Source: Longimicrobiales bacterium (GTDB taxonomy: Bacteria; Gemmatimonadota; Gemmatimonadetes; Longimicrobiales; Gaopeijiaceae). From it: a stretch of 64,000 nt of DNA. Below are positions 39,195 through 49,359 of this stretch, piece after piece. Both the position numbers and the translations under genes were made by a program. The DNA lies in contig CBDDCX010000008.1 of the NCBI GenBank assembly GCA_965226375.1, positions 768,001 through 832,000 of the forward strand, read 5' to 3'. The notes beneath the pieces were generated by a model. It made no database searches and was not told the origin of the DNA. It saw nothing but the letters and a program-made list of their open reading frames with translations. Within the stretch, counting starts at the first letter, position 1; each line of letters starts with the position of its first letter.

Positions 39195-39394
39195 GGAGAT
39201 CCCGCCCCCGCCGCGCCCGTGTCTTAGCGGATATCTTGGCTGTCCTCTTCCGAGGACGATTTGGGCATGGCTGTCTCCGAAACCCCTTGATCTATGCGGT
39301 TCTCGGTTTTGGTATCGGTTGTGCATTGGGGTCGGGTGGAGGATCGCCGGGATCCGAGAGACCCGGCGCGGACCCAGCGTGAGGTAGATGAATC

Positions 39395-40519
39395 ATGTGG
39401 AAACGGTTCTTTGTGGTGGTTGGGGCGGCTCTGTTGCTGGGCGCCTGTGACAACGATACCACCGTGTACGTTCCCGTCGACGACTTTCCGGCTCCGCCGG
39501 AGGGACTCGATGGCGAGTACTTCAACCAGGCGGTTACGCTCCAGTGGTTTCTGGGGGCCCAGTGGAACGGCGAGTCCTTCCGCGTCTACGGGCGTCGTGT
39601 AGGCGACGCCACCTTCCTGTTCATCGCAGAGGTGACGAGCTGTGCCGACAGCGCCTGTGAGTACACGGACACCAACATCGTCGAGTCGGTCGGATACGAG
39701 TACTTCGTCTCGGCTGTCGATCCCTTTACGGGTGCCGAGACCGACTCCGATAACGTGGTCCTGGTTGCGGTACCGTCGTTCAGTCCACCGCCCGTTCCGT
39801 CCGGCTTGGAAGTGGTGGCTCTGGACAACACCAACTACCTCCGCTGGAGCGATAACGCCCGTTCAGCAAGCGATTTTTCCCACTATAGGGTGTATTTGCT
39901 GACGGATGGGGGCTCGACGCCTCTCGGCGAGACCGACTCCGAGGGTTTCTTGGATGAACTCGCCGAAAACGGCGTCTCTTCGGTGTATGTGGTGTCCTCC
40001 GTGGACGTCTACGGACACGAGAGCTTGGACAGCTTCGAGAACACGGCTACGCCCCGGCCCGACTTCCGAGGGGAGTTACTGCTCTCGTTCTCGGACGATC
40101 CGGCTCGCTCCGGCTTCCGGTTCGCCGAGTCAGATCAGGACGATCCCATCGTGGACGGGACTTCGCCCGCAAGACACTTTCGTCTCGAGACGGATGCCTT
40201 GGGCTGGTGGCTCGTGCCCGGACCCGCAGCGGAGGTTTTCCCCGAAGGCTCCTGCTCCACGGCCTTGAAGTGCGGGGTGGCAGCCGACCTACAGTGTCAG
40301 GATTGGACGACCGCCCCGACCTCGGGGTACAGCGGCGCGGACGTGTTCCTGGAGCCCGAACTCTCCTATATGCTGCGCGTGGTGGGCGACGATGGCCAGC
40401 TACACTACGGCACCATTCGGGTGGCCCTGTTGGGCGCTGATCAGACCGGTGCGGAGCTCATGATTTTCGACTGGGCCTACCAGCTCCAGGCCGGAAACCC
40501 CCAGTTGGCGGGTCGCTGA
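39395..40519 (+). CDS. Lipoprotein with two fibronectin-III-like repeats
   Basis: Lipobox LGAC; two units P-x-P-x-GL...L-x-W...(F/Y)RVY...VS(A/S)VD...G-x-E. Confidence 0.7.
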   Translation: MWKRFFVVVGAALLLGACDNDTTVYVPVDDFPAPPEGLDGEYFNQAVTLQWFLGAQWNGESFRVYGRRVGDATFLFIAEVTSCADSACEYTDTNIVESVGYEYFVSAVDPFTGAETDSDNVVLVAVPSFSPPPVPSGLEVVALDNTNYLRWSDNARSASDFSHYRVYLLTDGGSTPLGETDSEGFLDELAENGVSSVYVVSSVDVYGHESLDSFENTATPRPDFRGELLLSFSDDPARSGFRFAESDQDDPIVDGTSPARHFRLETDALGWWLVPGPAAEVFPEGSCSTALKCGVAADLQCQDWTTAPTSGYSGADVFLEPELSYMLRVVGDDGQLHYGTIRVALLGADQTGAELMIFDWAYQLQAGNPQLAGR

Positions 40520-40727
40520 CGACGCGAGCCCAGGTCGGGTCCGCCCGACTCCCCCGGTGGTTTTGGTCATCGGGGGCGTCGGGCCGCTAACGGCGTCTAT
40601 CCCCTTGTGTTCCGGGCTGTTGCAGGCAGATTAGTGCTCTTCATTCCGATGCTTCGCGTCTGAAGTCCCGCGGCGTGATCCGTGAACGTGCGGGTGGGTG
40701 GGAAGACTCGAGTGCGAGCGTGAGTAC

Positions 40728-42788
40728 ATGAGCGTAGAAGCGCTAAAAGAGCAGGCCCGGGGCCACGAACAGAACGAACAGTGGCAAAAGGCACTGGACC
40801 TGTATATCAAGGCCATGGACCGGATGTCCGAGGAGGACGTTCCGGACATCGGCCTGTATAACCGGGCCGGCGACCTGGCGACCCGGACAGGTGCTTCCAC
40901 TCAGGCTGTGAGCTTCTACGAGCGGGCCGTCGACTCCTACGTCGAGGCTGAGCTTCCCAACAACGCGATCGCCGTCTGTAAGAAGGTGATGCGTAACCTG
41001 CCGGATCGTTACTCCATCCACCTCAAGATCGGTCAGATACGCGCGGCTCAGGGTTTTATCACCGATGCTCGTGCGAGCTTTGTCACTTATGCGGAGCGCG
41101 TACAAGCCGATGGGGATATCGACGAGGCTTTCCGGGCCCTGATCGAGTTCGTGGACTTGGCACCCGACGACTACGAGATCCGTCAGCTCCTGGCCGCCCA
41201 GCTTGCCCAACATGAGCGTGTGACCGAGGCCGTCCAGCAACTGACCGGTGCTCACCACATCATGGTGGGGCAGGGAATGGTCGAAGAGGCCGCTCAGGTC
41301 GAGACCCAGATCCTGGAGTTGGACCCCGACGCGAGCCTCGGAGCCCCGCCTGCATCAGGCGTCGCCGCGGGCGGTGACGATGGTCTGGCGGAGCTGGACT
41401 TCGACGACGCGGGGGCCGATGAGACGGCTGCACCGGGTGAGATCGAGGGGGACTTCGCCGGACTCGAACTCGGGGATGGGGAGGATGACGGAACACCGCT
41501 CCCGACGTTCGACTTCGACGAGGTGGGCGATGCGGATCCGGGGATCGACGGCGAGGGCGAGCCCGAGGAGGTCGAGCAGGTCGAGGTCCAAGACGATCTG
41601 ACCGCAGATACGGGTGACCTGAGCCTCTCACTCGACGAAGAGGACGAGGATGAGGATGCGGGAGGGGCTCTTACCGACTTGCCCCTGATGTCCTTCGACG
41701 ACGAAGAGCCGGAGGCGACCGAGGCACCGGAGAAGGAGGTCGAGCTGGACGCGGCGGCCTTCGGTGAGGCGGACCATGGCGACAAGGAGGTCGCGGAGTA
41801 CGTCGAGGGTGCCGAGAAGATGCCGGCAGTCGAGGCGGGCCTCGAGGGACTCGACCAGGTCGAGGAATCCGACGCGGAAGAGGCCGTCGAGGCGGCAGTC
41901 GAAGAGTCGGTGGCCGATGCCAAAAAAGAGGAGGCCGCCGCGGAGCACGAGGCCCTTGCCGCAGAGGGAGATTTCCTGGGAGCCATCCAAGCGCTCTCGT
42001 CCGTCGTCGAGGCGGAACCGGACGAACAAGACCACCATCAACGTATGGTGGAATATGCGTTCCGCTCGAATGATTCGAGCGCCCTGGCAGAGGCCTACGT
42101 GGGTCTTGCCGAGTGCCTGCAACGGGCTGGTCAGGACCAGCGCGCCAAGGCCGTGTTCGAGCAGGCCCTGACGTCGGATCCTGCGAACGAGAGGGCCAAG
42201 GCGGGATTGGGTAAGCTCGGAGAAGAGGCGCCGGCCGAGGCGGCTCAGGAGGTCTCTTCGGCCGAGTCCTACGTGGATTTGGGCTCCATGCTTCTCGGGG
42301 ACGACAAGGAAGAGAAGTCGACCCGATTCGTAGTGGCTTACGAGGAGCCTACCGGAGACGAATCCGCGGACTTCCAGAAGATGCTCTCGCAGTTCCGGGA
42401 GAAGGTGTCCGAGAACATCGATGCCGACGACGTGACCGCTCATTATGATCTGGGCACGGCGTTCCGGGAGATGGGCCTTTTGGACGAGGCGATCGCCGAG
42501 TTCCAGCAGGCGCTCCGCGCGTCGGTCGATCACCTGCCCACGTACGAAATGCTCGGCCAGACCTTCCTCGAGAAGAATGAACCTGAGGCCGCCTTGCGAT
42601 CTCTGACCCGCGCCCTGAACGCGCCGTTCGAGATCGAAGACGAGCTCATGGGCATCTATTACTACCTGGGCCAATCCCACGAAGCGGTTGGGAACAGGGA
42701 CCAGGCGGTAGAGTTTTACGACAGAGTATTCTCCCTGGATATCAACTTCGCGGACGTCACGGAGCGGCTGCGGGCCCTCCGGGACTAG
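40728..42788 (+). CDS. Multi-TPR protein with long acidic linker (SgmX/FimV-like architecture)
   Basis: N-terminal TPRs, D/E-rich middle, C-terminal HYDLGTAFREMGLLDEAIAEFQ TPR block. Confidence 0.8.
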   Translation: MSVEALKEQARGHEQNEQWQKALDLYIKAMDRMSEEDVPDIGLYNRAGDLATRTGASTQAVSFYERAVDSYVEAELPNNAIAVCKKVMRNLPDRYSIHLKIGQIRAAQGFITDARASFVTYAERVQADGDIDEAFRALIEFVDLAPDDYEIRQLLAAQLAQHERVTEAVQQLTGAHHIMVGQGMVEEAAQVETQILELDPDASLGAPPASGVAAGGDDGLAELDFDDAGADETAAPGEIEGDFAGLELGDGEDDGTPLPTFDFDEVGDADPGIDGEGEPEEVEQVEVQDDLTADTGDLSLSLDEEDEDEDAGGALTDLPLMSFDDEEPEATEAPEKEVELDAAAFGEADHGDKEVAEYVEGAEKMPAVEAGLEGLDQVEESDAEEAVEAAVEESVADAKKEEAAAEHEALAAEGDFLGAIQALSSVVEAEPDEQDHHQRMVEYAFRSNDSSALAEAYVGLAECLQRAGQDQRAKAVFEQALTSDPANERAKAGLGKLGEEAPAEAAQEVSSAESYVDLGSMLLGDDKEEKSTRFVVAYEEPTGDESADFQKMLSQFREKVSENIDADDVTAHYDLGTAFREMGLLDEAIAEFQQALRASVDHLPTYEMLGQTFLEKNEPEAALRSLTRALNAPFEIEDELMGIYYYLGQSHEAVGNRDQAVEFYDRVFSLDINFADVTERLRALRD

Positions 42789-42951
42789 TGGACTGTATCT
42801 GATGTTTGGTAGACACCGAGAGTGGCGAGGCGCCCGATCCGGCAAGGCAGGACGACGAGTAATAGCAGGGCTATTGCGAGGAGTCCTAACGAAGCCGGGC
42901 GGGATGCATCGCCGCTCGAATGTCATCACAACATCGGATACAGTCCACTAG
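42785..42951. mobile_element. ERIC-like/MITE-like structured element, family B (single module)
   Basis: 22-bp TIR CTAGTGGACTGTATCYGATGTT (42785-42806 / 42930-42951), CTAG at both ends, folds as one long hairpin; core GACGACGAGT-x2-TAGCAGGGCTA-x2-GCGAGGAG shared with family A. Confidence 0.8.
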
Positions 42952-42999
42952 ACGGCGAGTTCTCCGATCGATGTTACTGTCGAACCTGGCCGTGTGCTG

Positions 43000-44007
43000 A
43001 TGGAGGCGGCTTCGAGCTCGGTATTGAGAGGGGCCCCCCCAAGCCTGTCGGCCATGCAGACCCTGGTGGGCGATCGTCTCGAGTCCGTGCAGGACGAACT
43101 GAAGCGGATCATCGTTTCGGACTTCGACATGATCAAGGAGGTCAACGAATACCTCCTGCTGATGAGGGGCAAGCTGTTCCGTCCCACACTTCTGTTGCTG
43201 GCCAACCAGGTCGGTGGCACCCCGTCGGACGATGCCGTTACATCGGCGGCTGTGGTGGAGCTGGTTCATCTCGCCACACTGGTCCATGACGACGCCGTTG
43301 ATCACAGCGTTCTCCGTCGAGGACTGCCGACCGTCAATGCTCTTTGGACCCATCAGATTGCGATCATCATGGGCGACTATCTATACAGTCGCTCGATCAT
43401 GGAGCTCACACGCCTCGGCAAGCTCGAGTCCTTGGCCGTGCTTGCCGAGGCCGCGAACGAGATGAGCGTTGGAGAAATGCGCCAGTTGACGTCCTACGAC
43501 GCTCTGGCCTTTAGCGAGGGCGACTATTACCGGCTCATCGCTGCCAAGACGGCATCGCTCATGTCGGCCGCCTGCCAGATGGGGGCGCTGGATGGGGCCC
43601 GCGAGTACAGCGAGCCGCTTTCCCGCTTCGGACATCACCTCGGCATGGCGTTTCAGATCGCCGACGACCTGTTGGACTATACGGGTTCCGAAGTGGTGAT
43701 GGGTAAGCCCGCGGGACACGACCTTCGGGAGCGTAAGGTCACGCTGCCGCTCGTGGGGGCCCTGGCCAACCTATCGAAGGCCGAAATGGCGGAAATTCGG
43801 GAGTTCTTCACGCTGGTCGAGGCCTCCGACGACGACATTGAGCGCGTCATCGACATCGTCGGTGACCGGGGGGGGATCCGGTACGCTCGAGATCAGGCGG
43901 ATCTCTATGCGGAGCGGGCGGAAAAGGAGCTCCACGACCTCCCGGACGATCCGGCCGTCGAGGCGCTGCGGAATGCCGTAGCGTACGCCGTCGGCCGCGA
44001 CCGCTAG
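43000..44007 (+). CDS. Polyprenyl diphosphate synthase (IspB/HepT-like)
   Basis: GKLFRP, LVHDDAVD, RRG, KTA, AFQIADDLLD, GKPAGHDL. Confidence 0.93.
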   Translation: MEAASSSVLRGAPPSLSAMQTLVGDRLESVQDELKRIIVSDFDMIKEVNEYLLLMRGKLFRPTLLLLANQVGGTPSDDAVTSAAVVELVHLATLVHDDAVDHSVLRRGLPTVNALWTHQIAIIMGDYLYSRSIMELTRLGKLESLAVLAEAANEMSVGEMRQLTSYDALAFSEGDYYRLIAAKTASLMSAACQMGALDGAREYSEPLSRFGHHLGMAFQIADDLLDYTGSEVVMGKPAGHDLRERKVTLPLVGALANLSKAEMAEIREFFTLVEASDDDIERVIDIVGDRGGIRYARDQADLYAERAEKELHDLPDDPAVEALRNAVAYAVGRDR

Positions 44008-44074
44008 CTCCGGAGCTGCCTTCTGACCTCTGTGATCCAAAGCAAAATGGGAACCAGACGCGCCGGCGAACCGT

Positions 44075-44353
44075 ATGTTACTTGACACGCACCGGCGAAA
44101 CGTCAAGCGTTTGGCTTGGACTCAGGTGCTCGGGCTGCTGTTGGGAGGACTGCTCACCCAGTTATCGGCGCTGTTTCTTCCGCAGAGCGCGGCCAAGTCG
44201 TTTCTCACTACTGCGGTAGAAGCGTCCATCGGGCCTTTGTCCATCGATCTGGTCGCTGTCGCATTCGTGATCGGGCCCCTAACATTGAGCTTGAACGTCT
44301 TGACGCTCGTAGGCATTTCGATCGTGGCATTTATCGTCCGATCCTGGATCTGA
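44075..44353 (+). CDS. Small membrane protein, DUF4321-like
   Basis: Hydrophobic segments with GPLSIDL...LSLNVLTLVGI; upstream of tatA. Confidence 0.6.
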   Translation: MLLDTHRRNVKRLAWTQVLGLLLGGLLTQLSALFLPQSAAKSFLTTAVEASIGPLSIDLVAVAFVIGPLTLSLNVLTLVGISIVAFIVRSWI

Positions 44354-44389
44354 AGCAAGGTCGGGACGGGCCTCTAACGGAGGTATATC

Positions 44390-44710
44390 ATGGGACTCGG
44401 CGGACTCGGCATGTGGGAGATGATGCTCATCTTCCTGGTCGTCCTCCTCCTTTTCGGAGCCAAGCGGCTTCCGGAGATCGGATCCTCCCTGGGGAAGGGC
44501 ATTCGTGAGTTCAAGGGCTCGATTCGAGAAATCGAACGCGAGGTCCAGGCTGCGCCCGAACCACGGGAATCGGTGGCGTCGTCGTCCACATCGACGGACG
44601 ACGTGGACCAGGAGCTGGACCAGGAGCCCAGAACGCTGACCACGTCGCCCGACGTCGGTCAGGACACCACGTCGCCCGACGTCGGTCAGGACGAAGAGGA
44701 CGGCGCCTAG
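44390..44710 (+). CDS. tatA: Twin-arginine translocase TatA/TatE
   Basis: LLLFGAKRLPEIGSSLGKGIREFK; GGAGG RBS. Confidence 0.95.
   Translation: MGLGGLGMWEMMLIFLVVLLLFGAKRLPEIGSSLGKGIREFKGSIREIEREVQAAPEPRESVASSSTSTDDVDQELDQEPRTLTTSPDVGQDTTSPDVGQDEEDGA
44639..44692 (+). repeat. Perfect 27-bp tandem duplication in the tatA tail
   Basis: ACCACGTCGCCCGACGTCGGTCAGGAC x2 (TTSPDVGQD x2). Confidence 0.9.
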
Positions 44711-44727
44711 GAGCTTTCTTGGCCCCG

Positions 44728-46551
44728 CTAGAAGATCGGCGGAATCAGGGGCTGATCGGCCGGATCGACGTTCAGGACCTCATCGCGTCGGTCGATAATG
44801 CGAGCCGCGGCTCGCAATCCCTGGAGCCACTCCTGAAGGCGCGTCTGTTGAACATTGGCGACCATCAGTGAGCGTTGTGCGACGCGACCTTCCTCGAAGA
44901 GCGTGGTGTCGGCCGCCATGTAGTCGACTAGCTCCAGAATGAACGCGTTGTTGTTGGCTTCCACCACGTTGCTGACCTGGCCCTGGTAAAGGCCGAACCC
45001 GGCACCCACCGCAGCGTTCAACCGGCCGAGACCGGGAACGAAGTCCATGCGTCCGTATGGGCCGGCGTCACGGATCTCAAGGCCGCGACTTTCCGCTGCG
45101 ACGTCCAAGGTGGTGCCACCGCGAATATCGTCTACGATCTCTTCACCTTCGGCCTTGGCCATCTCCAGCTTCTTGCGGTTACGGACCTCTTGTTCGATGG
45201 AGGTCGTAGCGTCCTGGAGCGAGATGAAACCCGCGTCGCGAGTCTCCGTGAGCTCGAGCATGTAGAATGCCTGCCTGGTCTCGAATACCGGACTCACGTC
45301 TCCCGGCAGGGCCTCTTCGAACGCCCAGTCCGCCCCCTCACCCACCTGACCGGCCCCCACGACGAACGCGAACTCCGGGCTCAGTGTGGCGGTCCCACCC
45401 TGAAGTCCCAGCATGCGGGCCGCTTCATCCAGCGTGCGGGACTCGCCGAGGCTCTCGAGTGAATCCGCGAGCGTCAGGATCTGCAGCTCAGAGTTGTCCG
45501 TACGCTCGAACGGGATCAGGATGTGGCGGGCTTGGATGCTGTCGCCTGACTTGTCTTGCACCTCGATGAGGTGGTAGCCGAACGACGTTCTGACCGGCTC
45601 GGTAATTTCCCCCTTGGCGGTGGTGAAGGCTGCTGCGGAGAACTCGGGGACCATTCGCTCCTCGGTAAACCACCCGAGGTCGCCCGACCCGGTGGAGATC
45701 CGCGGTCTTCCCAGGATCTCCTCGAAGTCGACTCCGTCCCGCATCTCCTGCCGGAGCTCGGCCGCCATCTCTCCGGCCGCCACGGTGTCGGCTGGCGTCG
45801 GAGCCTTGTCGAGGACCACGACCTTGACCGAAGCCTGGGCCGGAACAGCGAACTCGTCGCGGTTCCTGTCGTAGTAGTCCGCAACGTCCTCTGCAGTCAC
45901 GGCAACGACGGAATCTGCGATGCGCTGCGTCGGGTTGAGCGGAACGAAACGGACAGAGATCTGCTCATTGCGGTCCTTGTAGTCCTGCCAGAGCGCGGCG
46001 TCCGGGATATAGACATCCGAAGAGACCTGTCGGAGAAGCTTGCCCCGCGGGATGATCTCCCGGTAATAGGCCTCGAGCTGGAGCAGAACCTGGTCGTCGA
46101 TCGCGGGCGAGGAGATGTAGTCCTGATACTTCTGGATGTCGAAGACACCGTCGGTCTGGAACGCAGGGCTCGAACGGAGCTCGCCCGGTGGACTGAAGCG
46201 GGCTGCACTACGGACCTCGTCGTCCGTGACTTCGATGCCACGCCTCCTCAACTCCTGCCGTATCAGGACCTGATTTACCACCTCGTCCCAGGCAGCGTCT
46301 TCGATGTCGCTGATCTGCTGGCTGGTGACCGCATCCTCTTGCGAGTCCTGGACCTGATCCATGAGCCGGCTGTACGTGAAGTTGTACTCCTCATAGCTGA
46401 CGGCAACGCCGTTCACGCTGCCGATCTCGCCCACAGACAGTCCACTTCTTCCCGTGATGTCCATGCCCCACTGGAACACCATGAGACCCACGAAAGCGAA
46501 TGCTGTGATCAGCATGATCCACTTCGTGTTCTCCCTCATCTGACGCATCAT
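44728..46551 (-). CDS. SurA N-terminal domain/PpiD-like peptidyl-prolyl isomerase
   Basis: N-terminal TM anchor, GSVNG, GVFDIQKY, GDLGWF...MVPEFSAAAF...TSFGYHLI rotamase motif. Confidence 0.88.
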   Translation of the reverse strand: MMRQMRENTKWIMLITAFAFVGLMVFQWGMDITGRSGLSVGEIGSVNGVAVSYEEYNFTYSRLMDQVQDSQEDAVTSQQISDIEDAAWDEVVNQVLIRQELRRRGIEVTDDEVRSAARFSPPGELRSSPAFQTDGVFDIQKYQDYISSPAIDDQVLLQLEAYYREIIPRGKLLRQVSSDVYIPDAALWQDYKDRNEQISVRFVPLNPTQRIADSVVAVTAEDVADYYDRNRDEFAVPAQASVKVVVLDKAPTPADTVAAGEMAAELRQEMRDGVDFEEILGRPRISTGSGDLGWFTEERMVPEFSAAAFTTAKGEITEPVRTSFGYHLIEVQDKSGDSIQARHILIPFERTDNSELQILTLADSLESLGESRTLDEAARMLGLQGGTATLSPEFAFVVGAGQVGEGADWAFEEALPGDVSPVFETRQAFYMLELTETRDAGFISLQDATTSIEQEVRNRKKLEMAKAEGEEIVDDIRGGTTLDVAAESRGLEIRDAGPYGRMDFVPGLGRLNAAVGAGFGLYQGQVSNVVEANNNAFILELVDYMAADTTLFEEGRVAQRSLMVANVQQTRLQEWLQGLRAAARIIDRRDEVLNVDPADQPLIPPIF

Positions 46552-46660
46552 ATCCCGGCTACTCCTCGGCGTGGCGCGGCGGTCGACATATTCGTCCCTT
46601 CTCATACGCAAAAGACCTTCAAAAGTAACGGCACCCCCCAGGGGCCCTCAACTCCCTTCG

Positions 46661-46690
46661 TTGACACGTTTTTGGCGGAATCAGTATCTT
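46661..46690 (+). promoter_or_regulatory. Putative sigma70 promoter of the TPR-aroQ-efp-accBC operon
   Basis: TTGACA-N18-TATCTT. Confidence 0.6.
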
Positions 46691-46785
46691 CCCCCGTCCA
46701 CTGGTCCCCCGGCTCGGCCTTGCAGTCAACCCAGTTCTGGCGGTCGATCGGAAAATGCTCCAACAGACCTCGATGGGAGCAAGCT

Positions 46786-47811
46786 GTGCCCGAAGCGTTG
46801 AACCAGCAGATCGACCGGCTCCAGGAGATCTTTCTCTCGGATCGGGATCCCACCGGTCGTGCCTTCGTGCCCCTGGCCGATGCTCACCGTCGGGTGGGAG
46901 AGTTGGATCGGGCTCTCGAGGTGCTTCAAGAAGGATTGGGCGCGCATCCCGAATCCGCCTCGGGCCACGTAGTGGCGGGGTGGCTGCACCGGGATCGGGG
47001 TGAGGACGATAAAGCGATCCAGGCGTTTGAGCGGGTCCTGGAGCTCGACGACGAGAACGGAACAGCGCTGCGCTCCCTAGCCGAGCTGATGGATCCGAGT
47101 CAGGGATTGTCCTACGCCGAGAGGTCGGTCGAGCTGGAGCCTGATGATGCCCAGGCGATGGCTACGCTCGAAGACCTGAAAGCCACCTTGGCCGCATCGG
47201 CAGAGGCAGAGGTGGAAGCAGACGCGGAGGCGGTGGTCGTCGACGAGCCGGTGGTCGAAGAGACGCCCCCTGTCGAAGAGACGCCCCTTGTCGAGGAGAC
47301 GCCCCTCGAGGCAGTTCCGATCGAGGACCTGGCTCCGGAAGAGGCCGCGCCCCCGGTCGAAGAACCCCAGGCCGATGCCGAGGCGGTGGCCGAGGGTGAC
47401 GGGGAGATCTACACCCAGACGCTGGCGGAGCTGTACGCGAAGCAGGGCGCCGTCGACAAAGCGGTAGAGGTCTACCGGAAGCTCCTGGAGGATGATCCCG
47501 ACAACGGGATGTTCCTCCACCGCGTGGCCGAGTTGAGCAAGAGCGTAGGCGTCGACCCCGCCACCACCGATGACCGGCCCGTGGTGCCCGTCGAGTCTCT
47601 GGTGCCGGACCCCGAGCCCGTGGTGCCCGTCGAGTCTCTCGCGCCGGCCCCGGAGCCCGTGGTCGTGGATCATCGGCCGGTCGTTCCCATCGAGTCGCTG
47701 GCCCCCTCGCATATCGATGATCGACAGGTGGTTCCGATCGAATCCCTCGCTCCCGACGGCTCGTCCGACGGTCAGGACGACGACCCATTCCCGTGGATGA
47801 ACAAACTCTGA
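46786..47811 (+). CDS. TPR protein with acidic Pro-rich repeats
   Basis: GTG start after GGGAG; RAFVPLADAHRRVG TPR, TLAELYAKQG motif, five VP(I/V)E(S/D)L(A/V)P repeats. Confidence 0.75.
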   Translation: MPEALNQQIDRLQEIFLSDRDPTGRAFVPLADAHRRVGELDRALEVLQEGLGAHPESASGHVVAGWLHRDRGEDDKAIQAFERVLELDDENGTALRSLAELMDPSQGLSYAERSVELEPDDAQAMATLEDLKATLAASAEAEVEADAEAVVVDEPVVEETPPVEETPLVEETPLEAVPIEDLAPEEAAPPVEEPQADAEAVAEGDGEIYTQTLAELYAKQGAVDKAVEVYRKLLEDDPDNGMFLHRVAELSKSVGVDPATTDDRPVVPVESLVPDPEPVVPVESLAPAPEPVVVDHRPVVPIESLAPSHIDDRQVVPIESLAPDGSSDGQDDDPFPWMNKL

Positions 47812-48248
47812 TGCGGATCGCGATCATACACGGGCCCAACCTGCGCCTTCTCGGGCGGAGAGAGCCCGACATCTACGGCACGGAGACCCTGGACGACATC
47901 AATGGCGCGATCGAAGCCCTCGGCGAGGAGCTGGGCGCACAGATAGAGTCCTTCCAGTCCAACTCCGAGGGCGACATTCTCGACTTTCTCGAAGAGGCCA
48001 GCGCTCGGGTCGACGGGTTTTTGGTCAACGCGGGCGGGCTGACACACACGAGTGTGGCGTTACGCGACGGACTCGTGGGGTCGGGAAGGCCCTTCGTTGA
48101 GGTGCACCTCTCCAACACGGCTGGTCGAGAGCGATTCCGCCGTCATTCGTTCCTTGCGCCCGTGGCCGCGGGGGTGGTTCTTGGTTTCGGGTCCCAGAGC
48201 TATCTTCTAGCGCTCAGGGGCCTGGTGGCCCACATCGCCGGCCGGTAG
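47811..48248 (+). CDS. aroQ: Type II 3-dehydroquinate dehydratase
   Basis: HGPNLRLLGRREPDIYG, QSNSEG, THTSVALRD, EVHLSN. Confidence 0.95.
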   Translation: MRIAIIHGPNLRLLGRREPDIYGTETLDDINGAIEALGEELGAQIESFQSNSEGDILDFLEEASARVDGFLVNAGGLTHTSVALRDGLVGSGRPFVEVHLSNTAGRERFRRHSFLAPVAAGVVLGFGSQSYLLALRGLVAHIAGR

Positions 48249-48281
48249 TGCCGGCGGATCTTCAACGACTGACAAGGCGTA

Positions 48282-48845
48282 ATGGCTTCCACCGCTGACT
48301 TTCGCAACGGCCTGGTTTTGGATATCGACGGGCAACTCTGGACGATCGTCTATTTCCAACATGTTAAGCCCGGCAAGGGCGGAGCGTTCGTGAGAACCAA
48401 GCTCAAGAACGTCCTGAGCGGCAACGTGGTGGACAGGACCTATCGGGCTGGAGAGAAGGTGACCGATGTTCGCCTCGAGCGTCGTCCGGTGACGTACAGC
48501 TACAGCGACGGACAGCTCTACCACTTCATGGATCAACAGACGTACGAGATGACTCCCATTTCGGGGGACCTTCTGGGAGAGGAACAGCTCAGGTACCTGA
48601 AGGAGAACATGGAGTGCGAGGGCCTGGTCCACGACGGCAACGTGATCAGCGTGGAACTCCCTCAGTTCGTCGAGTTGACCGTGACCCAGACCGACCCCGG
48701 GCTTCGCGGTGACACGGCGCAGGGCGGTACCAAGCCCGCGACGCTCGAGACCGGCGCGGTGATTCAGGTCCCGCTCTTTGTCGAAGAGGGAGACGTGCTC
48801 AAGGTCGACCGGCGCGAAGACAAGTATCTGACACGGGTCACCTGA
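48282..48845 (+). CDS. efp: Elongation factor P
   Basis: [36 protein letters not shown]. Confidence 0.98.
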   Translation: MASTADFRNGLVLDIDGQLWTIVYFQHVKPGKGGAFVRTKLKNVLSGNVVDRTYRAGEKVTDVRLERRPVTYSYSDGQLYHFMDQQTYEMTPISGDLLGEEQLRYLKENMECEGLVHDGNVISVELPQFVELTVTQTDPGLRGDTAQGGTKPATLETGAVIQVPLFVEEGDVLKVDRREDKYLTRVT

Positions 48846-49327
48846 TGATCGATCTTGATTTTCTGCGTAGCCTCATCGAGGCGATCGACGCGAGCGGTCT
48901 CGACTCCATCGAGATTGAGCGAGGTGGCACGCGCATCAAGTTGGGTAAGACACCCGCAGCGCCTGTCGCCGCGGCCGTCGCCACGCCCGTGATTCACCAC
49001 GCTCCGGTAGCGGAGCAGGCGGCTCCGATGGCATCCGCTCCGGTCGCCGCCGAGGGTCAGGCCGGGGCTGCGACGACGGCGTCGGACTTGATCGAGGTCA
49101 AGTCGCCTATGGTGGGCACGTTCTACTGCGCTCCGGCTCCGGACGCCCCGTCCTACGCAGAGGTGGGTGCTCGCGTGAGTCCCGGCGACACGCTCTGCAT
49201 GATCGAGGCGATGAAGCTGATGAACGAGCTCGAGTCCGAGGTGTCCGGGGTGATCCAGGAGATTTGCGTTGCGAATGCGGATCCCGTGGAGTTCGGCCAG
49301 GTGCTGTTCCGCCTCTCACCCTCGTGA
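48845..49327 (+). CDS. accB: Acetyl-CoA carboxylase biotin carboxyl carrier protein
   Basis: SPMVGTFY, EAMKLMNE. Confidence 0.97.
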   Translation: MIDLDFLRSLIEAIDASGLDSIEIERGGTRIKLGKTPAAPVAAAVATPVIHHAPVAEQAAPMASAPVAAEGQAGAATTASDLIEVKSPMVGTFYCAPAPDAPSYAEVGARVSPGDTLCMIEAMKLMNELESEVSGVIQEICVANADPVEFGQVLFRLSPS

Positions 49328-49359
49328 GCCGGGCTTCTCAACTCAGCGCCAGGGTCATT

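Noticed and set aside
45556..46785. N-terminal extension of the 751-aa ORF
   Set aside because: Antisense to the SurA/PpiD gene; promoter and RBS point to GTG 46786.
47570..47760. Spaced direct repeats as a CRISPR or guide array
   Set aside because: In-frame coding repeats with synonymous variation and irregular spacing; no cas genes.
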